Positions 1 through 10,588 of a stretch of 35,183 bases of DNA are shown here, in pieces; the stretch's first letter is position 1, and each line of letters opens with the position of its first letter. Origin of the DNA: a virus (taxonomy: Duplodnaviria; Heunggongvirae; Uroviricota; Caudoviricetes). Where the stretch lies: IMG/VR virus record IMGVR_UViG_3300031772_000005; one strand, 5' to 3'. Made by a program: the position numbers and the translations under genes. The notes under the pieces were generated by a model that worked only from the letters and a program-made list of their open reading frames with translations, was not told the DNA's origin and did not search any database.

Positions 1-971
1 ATAAAAGGATTACCCTGCATCATAGGATTAAATCCTTGAGGTATCATTCTATTCATTCTTCTTGCTGCACGTCTTTCTTTACCATGACCCCATCCACCAA
101 ATTGTAATTCAGTATTTGTACCAATTTGAGGACTATCAAATATGTCATGTATACTAGTAGCATAAGCTGCAATATGGTGCATAGGATTTTCAGAATCAAT
201 ATTTTGATCAGGAAATATACCACCATCTTGTGCATAACCTTGCATCATTGGAGGTTGTTGTAAATGTTGCATGTACTGATTATACTGTTCTTCAGCTTGT
301 TGCTTAAGTGCAGCAGTATTAGCTTCATTTTTTACAGAACCTAAAAAGTTATTAACTCTTTCTTCTCTTCCACCTAATGGAATGTCAGTTGAATTTGTTT
401 TACCACCCTCTGCTTTTTTAGTAAGCTTCATGAAAGTATCAATATACTTTCTTTTACTTATAGGTCCGCCACGTCTAGCCATTTGAGGAACATCTTCTTC
501 ATCTTCAATAAATTGAGGATCTTCCTGATTAAAATCTACACCACCTTCTTCTGATTGAGCATACATCTGTTGAAGTTGTGCTTGTTGATCTTCGTAAGCT
601 ATTTGTTCAGCAGCTTGTCTATCAGTAGCTTCTTGTTCAGCATTTAATTCAGTAGCATCTTCATCATCTTCCATGGAAGTTGCTTGCTTAGCATCTGCTT
701 GCTCATTAATATAATCTAAAGCTACTTCTGATAACTGATTAACTTTTCTTGGATCTATGCTAGATTGCAATAATTGTTGTTGAGCTTGTTCTATACTACC
801 ATTAGGTTGTGATAAAGTTTGCATAATAAACATAACTATATCTTCATCTGTAGGAGCCGGAGCTTGTTGTTCTTGAGGTATACCACCTTCTTGAAAATAC
901 TGCTGAGTCTTATTAATATAAGATCCTTGTTCTCCACCAGCTTTATATATTCTTACACGTCTTTTTTCCAT
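1..971 (-). CDS. Gln/Glu-rich putative cargo (ejection) protein, 3' end outside the window
   Basis: Absent from the ORF track. ATG at 971; I read the frame codon by codon to the window edge with no stop (323 codons, MEKRRVRIYKAGGEQGSY...QGNPF). Multiple xxGG motifs. Confidence 0.85.
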   Translation of the reverse strand, partial: MEKRRVRIYKAGGEQGSYINKTQQYFQEGGIPQEQQAPAPTDEDIVMFIMQTLSQPNGSIEQAQQQLLQSSIDPRKVNQLSEVALDYINEQADAKQATSMEDDEDATELNAEQEATDRQAAEQIAYEDQQAQLQQMYAQSEEGGVDFNQEDPQFIEDEEDVPQMARRGGPISKRKYIDTFMKLTKKAEGGKTNSTDIPLGGREERVNNFLGSVKNEANTAALKQQAEEQYNQYMQHLQQPPMMQGYAQDGGIFPDQNIDSENPMHHIAAYATSIHDIFDSPQIGTNTELQFGGWGHGKERRAARRMNRMIPQGFNPMMQGNPF

Positions 972-1030
972 TGGTATTTGTATATAGTATAATATAATAA
1001 TTTTAAACTTAACATATAAACTTTTAATGT

Positions 1031-3628
1031 TTACATTTCTTCAACTGTATATCCTTGAGATATTAAATAGTTAATCATATCTTCATCAGCATCTATTTCA
1101 AAAGCGCCACCTTTTTGTTTTTCTTCAGGTTCAGATGTTGTTTCATCATAAACAAGTTTACCTGCATCATATAATGTAGGTATATAATAAGGTGTCGGAG
1201 AAGTTAAATAAGAATCTGGAGTAGCTGATTTAACTCCTTCTATAAAAGTATTTCCATAATTTCCTTTACTTCCTACAATAGCTGATGCTACTAATCCTGT
1301 ACCTAAAGCTGTACTTGCATATTTTTCAGCAAGGGCTTGGGGACCAGATCCCATAGTAGACATTTGAAATTCATTATTCATTAACTTTTCAGGATCTATA
1401 TTTACATACTTTCTACTAAAAGGTAGTCTTCTTTTTAAAGAAATACTTGGATCAGTTAAAGGTATTTCTTTTACAAGACCTTGATTATCAATAATATTAC
1501 GGCTTGCATTTCTTGTTGGATTATATCTAGGAGTTAACTTGCCTGCAAAATTTCTAAAAGTATCACCTGATCTAGGTATTACGTTATTAGATAACGATAA
1601 ATTTGTACCTGGAGCATTAGGATTAAATTCTGCTGCAAAAATATCAGATGACCTATTTTTACTATTCTTAATACTTAAAGGTTTTTGTTTAAATTTAAGT
1701 CTTTGAGGTAATACTTTATTAAACTGTGAATATAAAGGATCTTGAGGTAAACTAACATTAGAATTTTTTACACTATTTTCTAATACATCACCTAAAGGTA
1801 TATGGGCACCTTTTAATTTTTTACCCATAGGTATTAAATTAGCGGGACTTGTTGTAAGCATTGACTTTTGAAGTAATCCTGTATATCCTGAATCAATAAG
1901 ATTTCTTCCATATCTATCTAATTTTTGTGCAATAGACTTAACTTGAGGAAGTATAGTAGTTGCGGTATTTTTAGTAACTGTTGCTAATTTATTTATAGAT
2001 GGTGCAATTCCTTTAGCCATAGGCTTTAACATTTTACCTACACCAAAAGCATCTGATAAACTTAAAGCAGCTCCTAAGTAATCTCCTTGTTTAGCTTGTA
2101 CATTAGCATCTCCTACATAACCTAAAGGATTTAGCATATTGCTATACTTAGCAATATCTTGATCAGCTCCTGTTGCTTTCATATAATTAGCATAATCAGG
2201 ATTAGATTGATCATGTAATACTGTTCCTTGATCCATCATTGCTCCTTCACCTTTCATCCAGTTAGCTCCTGTAGTAATTGGATCTACCATAAAGGAAGAC
2301 ACATTATTAGCAATTGTATAACCCAGATTTTGTTGAGCTCTAGCTTTTTTATCTCTTTCTAAAAATAACTTATATTCATTAGCATCAATGTCTTTTTGTA
2401 TATTAGGGTTTTTTTGTATTTCTCTTAGCATTAATTCAGTCAACTCTTTAGGGTCTCCTTTTTGATTATAGTACTTGTCTCCTAAATATCTTGCAGCTTT
2501 GCCATTTTGAATTAGAAAGTCAGCTTGATTTTTTTGATCATTAAGGTCTCCTAATGGAGTTTTTTGTTGTGGTGCTTGACTCTTTGAACCCACAACTTTT
2601 GTACTTTCAGATACTTCTGGCTTTAATCGAGATTGATAATCAACTGGAACATTTGAATTATATTTAGAATTAGGTTTTACTGGAGCAGGTTTTTGAAATA
2701 AAATATTAGTAGCTCCAGCATTAGGATGATTAAACTGTCCAGCAAGTTGTGCTTTTGGTAATTCTTCTATTATGTACCCTCCATCTTTATACATTTTTAT
2801 CTCATCTGGAGTTAAGTCTAATTCTATAAATCCTCCGTCTTCTTCTTGAGGAATAGCTTCTTTAGTTTTATAATATTCTCCTCTACCATACATAGGATAT
2901 AATTCATCTTTACCAAAAATTCTATTACGTTGAGACATATTAAAATATTGCTTATTAAAATCTTTATCAATACTTACATATTTACCATTAATTTCATAAA
3001 GAGGTAGTCCGGAATATCCTTCAGTAGGTGTTGCTAATTTATAATCTTCAGGAGAATATGTACCAGCTTGTGGTATAAATATTCTGTCATTATTCATTCT
3101 AGGATAACCAGTTACATCAAGATTTTTAAGTTTTTTTAAATTGACTGGTTTACCTTTATCTGTCATATACGGATGTTCATTTAACCATTGCATAGTAGCT
3201 GCATGTTCACCACCTGATTGAAAGTATTTAGAGTTAGGATCAAATATTTTTTTCTTTTTAGATTTAACTTTTTTAAGTAATGGTGATTCACGGAATAATT
3301 TATTCTGTGCTTCTAAACTTCTAGAATACTTTTTAAGACTTCCTCCTTTTTTAGCTTGAGTAAGTTGAGGAAATTCATCAACATAATCAGCACCGGGAAA
3401 TTGATACTCTTGTCCAGGATACATCATCTGTGGTTGGCCTACATTAGGTTGTCCTAATACAGGATAGTTTACTCCCTTCATCGTAATATTACTAGCAGGT
3501 ATTCTAGTATTCTGACCAGGATATTTCCATTGACCTAATGGATCTCTGATAATATCTTTTGGTTTAGCCGGTGCTTTAGCTTTAGTTAAACCTTCAGTAG
3601 CTGTTTTAAGAACTTTTCTATTATGCAT
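1031..3628 (-). CDS. Putative cargo/ejection protein, 865 aa, multi-module
   Basis: Long ORF directly after the muzzle gene (TAATG overlap), the position of cargo genes in crAss-like phages; low-complexity linkers, xxGG motifs, hydrophobic segment ASTALGTGLVASAIVGS. Confidence 0.65.
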   Translation of the reverse strand: MHNRKVLKTATEGLTKAKAPAKPKDIIRDPLGQWKYPGQNTRIPASNITMKGVNYPVLGQPNVGQPQMMYPGQEYQFPGADYVDEFPQLTQAKKGGSLKKYSRSLEAQNKLFRESPLLKKVKSKKKKIFDPNSKYFQSGGEHAATMQWLNEHPYMTDKGKPVNLKKLKNLDVTGYPRMNNDRIFIPQAGTYSPEDYKLATPTEGYSGLPLYEINGKYVSIDKDFNKQYFNMSQRNRIFGKDELYPMYGRGEYYKTKEAIPQEEDGGFIELDLTPDEIKMYKDGGYIIEELPKAQLAGQFNHPNAGATNILFQKPAPVKPNSKYNSNVPVDYQSRLKPEVSESTKVVGSKSQAPQQKTPLGDLNDQKNQADFLIQNGKAARYLGDKYYNQKGDPKELTELMLREIQKNPNIQKDIDANEYKLFLERDKKARAQQNLGYTIANNVSSFMVDPITTGANWMKGEGAMMDQGTVLHDQSNPDYANYMKATGADQDIAKYSNMLNPLGYVGDANVQAKQGDYLGAALSLSDAFGVGKMLKPMAKGIAPSINKLATVTKNTATTILPQVKSIAQKLDRYGRNLIDSGYTGLLQKSMLTTSPANLIPMGKKLKGAHIPLGDVLENSVKNSNVSLPQDPLYSQFNKVLPQRLKFKQKPLSIKNSKNRSSDIFAAEFNPNAPGTNLSLSNNVIPRSGDTFRNFAGKLTPRYNPTRNASRNIIDNQGLVKEIPLTDPSISLKRRLPFSRKYVNIDPEKLMNNEFQMSTMGSGPQALAEKYASTALGTGLVASAIVGSKGNYGNTFIEGVKSATPDSYLTSPTPYYIPTLYDAGKLVYDETTSEPEEKQKGGAFEIDADEDMINYLISQGYTVEEM

Positions 3629-6600
3629 TACCTTTGAGATATTTGATTTTTACTATTACTTATTTTAAGAATCATATTTATGTCTCCTGAAACTTCTCTC
3701 TTCAAATGTAATACATTTAAATAATGTCTAAGTTTTTTTCTCTGTAAAGGATCCTTATTATAATCTAAGTTAACTGGATTAAGTGTTTTAATATAACCAT
3801 TAGATTGAGTAATCCAAAGATTTTCTTCAGTATGTGCACCAGGTAAAACAGTTGTACCTGGAATTACTGGAGTAGTATTAGGATAAGTTGATCCAATAGG
3901 AAACTCTCCTCTATCTCTAGTTATATCCCAGAATTGATTAAATCTATATTTGTTTTCTTCTTTAGAGAATAAGATATCATAAGAAGGATTAGTTAAATTT
4001 AATTTAGGATAAGCTAAACTTAAAGTAATATTATTCTTTGGAAATATATTTAAATTAAGATATCCGGATACTTGTTCTGAATTAAATACAACAGCTGCAT
4101 CAAAGTTAAAATCAAGTACTTGATACTGATCAACACAATTAAATTCAGATCTTTTATAACATTCTAACATATACTCCATAGACTTTACTGTAGTAATAGT
4201 CTGGCCTGTTACCATTGGTATTTCAACTTCAAAAGGATAATCTATACCATAGTAATTACAATAAGAATTACATGAATCATTATGTCTCCATACTCCATTT
4301 TCTTTAGTAGTCATGAAAGTATGCTTAGACGGCATAACTAAATCCGGATGCCAATCATGAAATGAAATCCAAAATTTAGATTTAGGATCATAACTAGCTG
4401 TCCATGAGGCATTTTCAAATAAAAGGGGGTCTCCTAAAGCAAAAGGAGTTTTACCTAACATAAATGCGTTAGCTTCATCATCATAAGTTACTCTACCGAC
4501 ATACTGTGGTTTTAATTTATAATCTTTTTTACAGAAGTATAATATACTATTCTGATTATCAAAAACTGATTGACATCCAATACCTGCTACTGGATTATCT
4601 TGATGTGGGTAATCTGGAAAATCTTGAGTAAGTTGATATGGCATAAATAAAGTATACCACCATTTTAATCCTTCAGAAGATATTTCTGTTATACCTTGTG
4701 TATATTGAAATATTTTACCTTGATTTTGTGACATATAAAACATACCTGCCGGAGTAGATATTACACTTCTTCTATTTTGAGAAGAACCATACTCATATGC
4801 ATCATCTGAAATTACTACGCTTTGAGGAGTTTGTGAAAATAAACCACCATCACCTATAGTAATTTTAGTACCAGCTTCAGTTTGTAATTGATCAATACCT
4901 TGAATAACTAAAGGACTTGCATTTTTAAATGTAATAAAGATACCAGTCTTAGCAAAGTTTTTAACCCCACTGATTTGATTTTTAAATTCTTTATAATTAT
5001 TAGCTAAGTATACATACCAACTATCTTTAAATGATTGTTGTTGTTGGGGTAAAGAATATATTATTCTATCTGGATAATATGTATAACATAACTTAGCTAC
5101 ATTAGGATCATAATACCTACTTTGTAAGGCTCCTTGTGAAAAATATTGTGTAAATATCTTAGATACACTTAATGAATAGTCATAAGCATAATAGTTACCT
5201 CTAGTAATAGTTTCTGGATTATTTCCAAATATAGCCGGTAAATCAGTAAAGTTATAAGGATTATAAACTTGTTCAGCTATTGTATTACCACTTTGTCTAA
5301 AATCTACAAGTACATCACTCTCTACAAAAAAGTCTCTTACTGAAGAATTGTTTAAATAAAAATATGATTTTTTAACTCTAAAAAATCCTGGATAATTACC
5401 ATGTGAATCATTATTATAGTCATAACCAGGATGAGATATTCCTAAACCTGATATCCAATCTGTATAGTCTAAATTATAAAAACCAGTAGGTAAAAAACCA
5501 GTTCCTGTAATAGTTCCATTTATAAAATTTGAAATATTAGATACACTAAAAATTTCTGTTAAATTATTTACATCATATCTTTGACTATTAGCCCAAAATC
5601 TTGGAGCTCCAATCATATTTCTTTGATAGTAATTATATTCAAAACCATCTGGTTGTCCATATAACCAGTCATAGAAAAAGAACATGCTGTTCTTTTCAGT
5701 ATATCTATTTATATAAGTATCTCCTCCAAAAAAGACTGGAGTACTTACTATTACTTGTTGACTTAATTGTCCAATACCTGGACAAAAAGTACTAGTAATA
5801 ATAGTTTCTATACCTGAATCAGATAAGTGTTGTTCACAAGGAGTTGCTATTAATTGCTTAATAGAATTTAACTGTCCATATTGATTATCTATTCTTACTT
5901 TAACTCCAGCATAATGACTAGCTATAGTTGTATTAAATTCATCAGTAGGATTATCTGTTGTATTAACACCCATACCTGCTATAGCTGCTGTACCTAATGT
6001 AACTAATGAATTATCTACAGAACCGTTAACAATATCAGATGGGCCATTAATAAATCTAGGTCCAAAATCCTGATTAAATTTATTAGTTGTTCTTAATACA
6101 ACTGTGTGAGAACGTTTAAGATTATTAATTTTATAGTTTAATCCACTAAATTCTGGAACTTGTTGTAATGTATCTTTTAAATAAAAACTATCTACAAGAT
6201 TAAATCTTACAGTACTAGTTGCTAAAGGTGCAAAGTATGTATCATAAAAACCATGTGCAATAGACTGTAATGCATAGTCATCATATGGAGCTAAAGCATA
6301 CATTAATCTTAATGCTATTTCAGCTCCTTCAGAAAAATAAAAAGCTGCTTGTTGTACATTTGCTACTATACTTAATGCTGTACCAAGATATTCAGTTTTA
6401 CCCATAGTTCTTGAATAATTCAATGTTTCATTTTGAATTACTCCAAGTCCTGCTGCTGTATTAGCAGCTGCTCTAAGTACAGCATTATATCCATCTAAAA
6501 TACTATATCCTGCAAATGCATCAGCAATATTAAGACCTGTACTAAAATATGTAGCTATTAAACCATTATACAGCCCTACTGCAGCTGACCATGCAGCTTG

Positions 6601-8880
6601 TCCAGCATATACAGTTGGATTTGTTTGTCCATATATTAAAAGATCTGCATAAGCTGCAGTACTTGGAGCTTGATTAAGAGTAAACTCACCACCTGTAGAT
6701 ATAATAGATTCAATAATACCAGCTACCAACATTGGAAACACTATTGCATCAGATAATAATTTAAATTGAGGATGTTGATCAGGTATTATAAATTGTTGAG
6801 TACTGGTTCCTTTTAAATTACCATATAATTTTAATTCACTATTAGATAAAAAAGGATGTCTAAATCCAGTATCCGGTGAATGAAAAGTTATTATATTAGA
6901 AGGAACTGACTGATTTATAACAGTTCCGTTTTCATCAGTCAATTTTATATAAGGGTCATTTTGTCCTGCTACATGTCCACCTATTAAACTACTAATAGGT
7001 GTGATAGTATTAAATGGATAATTAGGATATAATCCTGTTGGTAATCCAGTTGGACTATTAGTACCATTTTTTATATTATAAGTTCTAAGGTTATTAAGCA
7101 TACCCTTAGCAATAATAGTTTTATTACCTTCTCTTGATCCTCTTAATATTTCATATCCTAGAATACCGGGTATATCATTACCATCATTATCTTTAGGATA
7201 TATAATATTTTTAAAATCAACACCCATGATTCTAATTTTTTGACCACCATTAGTAAAATGGTTATCAACTTTATTATCTGGAAATTTATGATGTCTAATC
7301 GGTAAACCACATAAGTCATATGCGGGACTTGGTATACTTTGTCCTGTCCAACATTGAGATGTTGAATTCCATAGGTCCGGCCTATTATTAGGATAGATCT
7401 CAGTTGATTGCCAGTAACCCATTTTCCCTCTAGCTACAACTACTCCACCATCATCTAATGTTGATTGAGTTGTACTAGTTACAGTAGCTGTATTAATAGT
7501 TTGAAATAAAAGAGTATCTCCTGTTAAAGTATTAAGATCATTATAAGCTGTGTTTTCTATTTGTCCATTATAAGATACAGCTACTCTACCTGGTATATGA
7601 TAAGAAGAAGATTTATCTCCTGTATCATAAACCCATCTAATAAAGAAAGGGTATACTTCATCTCTTAAATAACTAGGTTTATGTCCTCCGTCAATATAAT
7701 AAGAAGCCGGATATTCTACAGATACCCATTCAGTTTGAATAAGATTAGCTAATGGTTGATAATTAAAATCAAATTTTGCTGTAGGACCCACTCTAAGTAA
7801 ATAGTTATTTACCTCAATCATCTGATCTGATTTTTCAAATACAGGTGTTTGAATAGGTAGTAGTCTTATAGGAACATTTATTAAATCTAATTTTATTTGA
7901 TCTAATTGTATATTAGTGGTTTGTGTAGAATATATTCCAATTTCTTTAGCTACAGTACCTTGATTAACAGTTTGTACTACTACTAATATAAACTCATCAA
8001 AATTTTCTGTATCAGCTTCTATTTCTATATTAAGAGATCCTTCTGAATCATTAACAGAATATATAGGTTGAATATTACTTCCTGAAAAGTAGTCAGTTAC
8101 TTTTTGACCATTAATAGAATAAGCTAAAGTAACTGAATAAGATCCATTTAATAATGTTCCCGCACCAACACCTGGACTAACTTTAATACAAGGAGTTTTC
8201 ATTAGTCTTGCTAAACGCAAAGCATCACAATCTAAATCAGTTGTATCTATACAATATTCACATGTAGTATCTGGTTTACATAATTGTATCCAAGCAACTC
8301 CTGGCCATTGCATTGTAAAAGTTCCATTGGTATATGTATTATTATTATTCCATACATAATCAGCTGATGGCCAAGTTTGAGGATCTCCTATATTAATATA
8401 TTTATCTGGATTTAAACCATCAGCAAAAAATACAGTCCATGAACAATTTTGAGTTTCTCTTGATGCTCCAGATATTAAAGAGTACTTACTAAAGTTTAAA
8501 CATATGTCTTGCACTATAGGTCTGTAATTACAACTGTCTTCTTCATATAAACCTATCTCAGATCCTATAGCTGGTCCTAATCCAGTAGATGCATAAGCTA
8601 CTGTAAATAAAACCCATTTATCACTATATAAATATATGGTCCCGATTATATATCTTTTAGATCCTACAGGGCCTAAAGTTTGACCTGCTATTGCACAATT
8701 TATATTTGATGACTCATTTGATAATGCACCTAAATCTCCTTCAAGAGTATTATTAGATGCATTACGTGCATGTGTCCACATACCTTCTGATACAAAAGAA
8801 GGATCAGAATCTTTATTAAGACCCTTTACAAAAGTATTAGTATTAGTATCTGTTGTACCTTGTATATTTTTTTTTGCCAT
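3628..8880 (-). CDS. Tail stabilisation / muzzle protein (P22 gp10-like), 1750 aa
   Basis: Size, beta-rich composition, N-terminal 'F.KGLNKD.DP......W..A.N' pattern typical of this family, and position after two ring proteins. Confidence 0.8.
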   Translation of the reverse strand: MAKKNIQGTTDTNTNTFVKGLNKDSDPSFVSEGMWTHARNASNNTLEGDLGALSNESSNINCAIAGQTLGPVGSKRYIIGTIYLYSDKWVLFTVAYASTGLGPAIGSEIGLYEEDSCNYRPIVQDICLNFSKYSLISGASRETQNCSWTVFFADGLNPDKYINIGDPQTWPSADYVWNNNNTYTNGTFTMQWPGVAWIQLCKPDTTCEYCIDTTDLDCDALRLARLMKTPCIKVSPGVGAGTLLNGSYSVTLAYSINGQKVTDYFSGSNIQPIYSVNDSEGSLNIEIEADTENFDEFILVVVQTVNQGTVAKEIGIYSTQTTNIQLDQIKLDLINVPIRLLPIQTPVFEKSDQMIEVNNYLLRVGPTAKFDFNYQPLANLIQTEWVSVEYPASYYIDGGHKPSYLRDEVYPFFIRWVYDTGDKSSSYHIPGRVAVSYNGQIENTAYNDLNTLTGDTLLFQTINTATVTSTTQSTLDDGGVVVARGKMGYWQSTEIYPNNRPDLWNSTSQCWTGQSIPSPAYDLCGLPIRHHKFPDNKVDNHFTNGGQKIRIMGVDFKNIIYPKDNDGNDIPGILGYEILRGSREGNKTIIAKGMLNNLRTYNIKNGTNSPTGLPTGLYPNYPFNTITPISSLIGGHVAGQNDPYIKLTDENGTVINQSVPSNIITFHSPDTGFRHPFLSNSELKLYGNLKGTSTQQFIIPDQHPQFKLLSDAIVFPMLVAGIIESIISTGGEFTLNQAPSTAAYADLLIYGQTNPTVYAGQAAWSAAVGLYNGLIATYFSTGLNIADAFAGYSILDGYNAVLRAAANTAAGLGVIQNETLNYSRTMGKTEYLGTALSIVANVQQAAFYFSEGAEIALRLMYALAPYDDYALQSIAHGFYDTYFAPLATSTVRFNLVDSFYLKDTLQQVPEFSGLNYKINNLKRSHTVVLRTTNKFNQDFGPRFINGPSDIVNGSVDNSLVTLGTAAIAGMGVNTTDNPTDEFNTTIASHYAGVKVRIDNQYGQLNSIKQLIATPCEQHLSDSGIETIITSTFCPGIGQLSQQVIVSTPVFFGGDTYINRYTEKNSMFFFYDWLYGQPDGFEYNYYQRNMIGAPRFWANSQRYDVNNLTEIFSVSNISNFINGTITGTGFLPTGFYNLDYTDWISGLGISHPGYDYNNDSHGNYPGFFRVKKSYFYLNNSSVRDFFVESDVLVDFRQSGNTIAEQVYNPYNFTDLPAIFGNNPETITRGNYYAYDYSLSVSKIFTQYFSQGALQSRYYDPNVAKLCYTYYPDRIIYSLPQQQQSFKDSWYVYLANNYKEFKNQISGVKNFAKTGIFITFKNASPLVIQGIDQLQTEAGTKITIGDGGLFSQTPQSVVISDDAYEYGSSQNRRSVISTPAGMFYMSQNQGKIFQYTQGITEISSEGLKWWYTLFMPYQLTQDFPDYPHQDNPVAGIGCQSVFDNQNSILYFCKKDYKLKPQYVGRVTYDDEANAFMLGKTPFALGDPLLFENASWTASYDPKSKFWISFHDWHPDLVMPSKHTFMTTKENGVWRHNDSCNSYCNYYGIDYPFEVEIPMVTGQTITTVKSMEYMLECYKRSEFNCVDQYQVLDFNFDAAVVFNSEQVSGYLNLNIFPKNNITLSLAYPKLNLTNPSYDILFSKEENKYRFNQFWDITRDRGEFPIGSTYPNTTPVIPGTTVLPGAHTEENLWITQSNGYIKTLNPVNLDYNKDPLQRKKLRHYLNVLHLKREVSGDINMILKISNSKNQISQR

Positions 8881-9917
8881 TACACTATTCTTGATGGTCC
8901 ATAATTATTACTATAGATACTATTTATGGAATGTGACTTAAACATATCATAATACTTACTGTACATAGCTTTTCTATTAGTTACCCATAGTTTCTTCATC
9001 TCAGCAAAGTTAGGTGTGTTAACCATACTTAAAGCATTGTTTCTAGCTGCCTTAAGTCTTTGTTCTATTAACCCAAGTTTTTGTGTAACATCCTCACCAT
9101 TCATGTATAAGTTCTCAAGCAATCTTTGCTTAAGTGCATATTCATAATATTCATTAAGTAAGTCATGATCCGGAACTAATAGACTTCCTTCCTCATCTTC
9201 TAGATTACCTTGATAGTTTAAATATATACTACATGTTTCCATATTAGTATATAAGAAACCATTTTTAATCCAACCTTCATTTGGTGTATTGTAATATAAG
9301 TTAGGACAGTCACATTCAATATTTTGACTAGTTTTCATTCTTAAAGGAATAAGACTACTATAAGTTCTTGTTTGTGAAGCATTTACAATTTGTACTAATT
9401 CATAAGCTTGACCTTTACAATTTAGAAATACTCTTGGTTTAATACAAGTATCTCCATAAGGATTATTTGGATCATATTGTCCTGGTAAATAAGAAGGTGG
9501 TCTTACAGATCCCTCACATGCTGCAGTATGATTACAAGGATTACTATTACATGTAGAACAATTAACGGAAGGAGGGGAACAAAAATCTACTGTAGATGGC
9601 GTTTCTGTATAAGGCACTTCTTGTATATTAGTTCCACCGATATCATATCCTGTATTTACAGAAAATTCACCACAGATGAATGCAAAATTAAATGTATAGA
9701 AATCATCCGGTAATTTTACTTTACCATGACAAACTTCTAATACAACTTCTTTTGTCATATTAATTCTAAGGCCAAGATCATATGTTACTCTTTTAGCAAC
9801 TTTAATAAGTTGTTGAGGTTCAATCATATTCTCTAAAGTATATCCTGAAAAGTCAATACTAATATCTTCAAGCAATTGCTCAAATGTACGGTACTTAAGT
9901 GTGTAGTTATAATCCAT
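8880..9917 (-). CDS. Tail ring / tubular protein with Cys-rich insertion, 345 aa
   Basis: Directly upstream of the muzzle gene; C-terminal 'VPDHDLLNEYYEYALKQRLLE' helix typical of P22 gp4-like adaptors. Confidence 0.65.
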   Translation of the reverse strand: MDYNYTLKYRTFEQLLEDISIDFSGYTLENMIEPQQLIKVAKRVTYDLGLRINMTKEVVLEVCHGKVKLPDDFYTFNFAFICGEFSVNTGYDIGGTNIQEVPYTETPSTVDFCSPPSVNCSTCNSNPCNHTAACEGSVRPPSYLPGQYDPNNPYGDTCIKPRVFLNCKGQAYELVQIVNASQTRTYSSLIPLRMKTSQNIECDCPNLYYNTPNEGWIKNGFLYTNMETCSIYLNYQGNLEDEEGSLLVPDHDLLNEYYEYALKQRLLENLYMNGEDVTQKLGLIEQRLKAARNNALSMVNTPNFAEMKKLWVTNRKAMYSKYYDMFKSHSINSIYSNNYGPSRIV

Positions 9918-10588
9918 TATCTTATAGCATTTTGACTGTCATCAGAACCATTTGTTGGAATGTTTAATGTTAAACTAAGTTCCTTAATTACAAACTGTTC
10001 AATTTCAGAAAATAAATATTCAGGAAAAGCAAATTGTTGTTCTTGTTTAGGTGTACAAGAATCATTTGGTTCACACATAAAATCTCCTGTGGATCCTTCA
10101 TATATTGCTTCTACTTTAATAGCATCCCAATCTACATTAGGTATATATAAATAACCATTTAAAAACCAAAAGTATATTTTCTTATTATATTTATGAGTAG
10201 ATGTTTTAGTCATAGATACATATAGAGAAGGTTCTGTTCTAAATAATTTTATACTTCCGTCTATAGAACTAGTATTTCTAATTATGGGCCCAAACATACC
10301 ATCAAAGATTGTAGGTAGTTTTTCTTTAGTTCTTTTAATAATACATCCTGAATGTATACCCACACAGTCAGCTTCAATTTTATCAATATCAATTAACTCT
10401 ACATAAGGTAATACATGAAATAGAGAACTCATTTTCATAAGTCTATTTTGGTTGTCTTCTCTTTTTAAAAGAGTCTTACCATACTTAAGTAAAGAAAAAT
10501 ATATTGTACGGTCTGTTAAAAAAGGATCCTCTTTAACAGCTTTCAATGTATTTCTTACTCTAGATATTGCTTCTCCTATTGTTGTCAT
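9917..10588 (-). CDS. Tail ring / tubular protein, 223 aa
   Basis: Synteny; adaptor-like N-terminal helix (TIGEAISRVR) and C-terminal 'FPEYLFSEIEQFVIKEL'. Confidence 0.65.
   Translation of the reverse strand: MTTIGEAISRVRNTLKAVKEDPFLTDRTIYFSLLKYGKTLLKREDNQNRLMKMSSLFHVLPYVELIDIDKIEADCVGIHSGCIIKRTKEKLPTIFDGMFGPIIRNTSSIDGSIKLFRTEPSLYVSMTKTSTHKYNKKIYFWFLNGYLYIPNVDWDAIKVEAIYEGSTGDFMCEPNDSCTPKQEQQFAFPEYLFSEIEQFVIKELSLTLNIPTNGSDDSQNAIR

Noticed and set aside
53-235. 60-aa minus-strand ORF in the track
   Set aside because: Out-of-frame shadow inside the longer <1..971 ORF.
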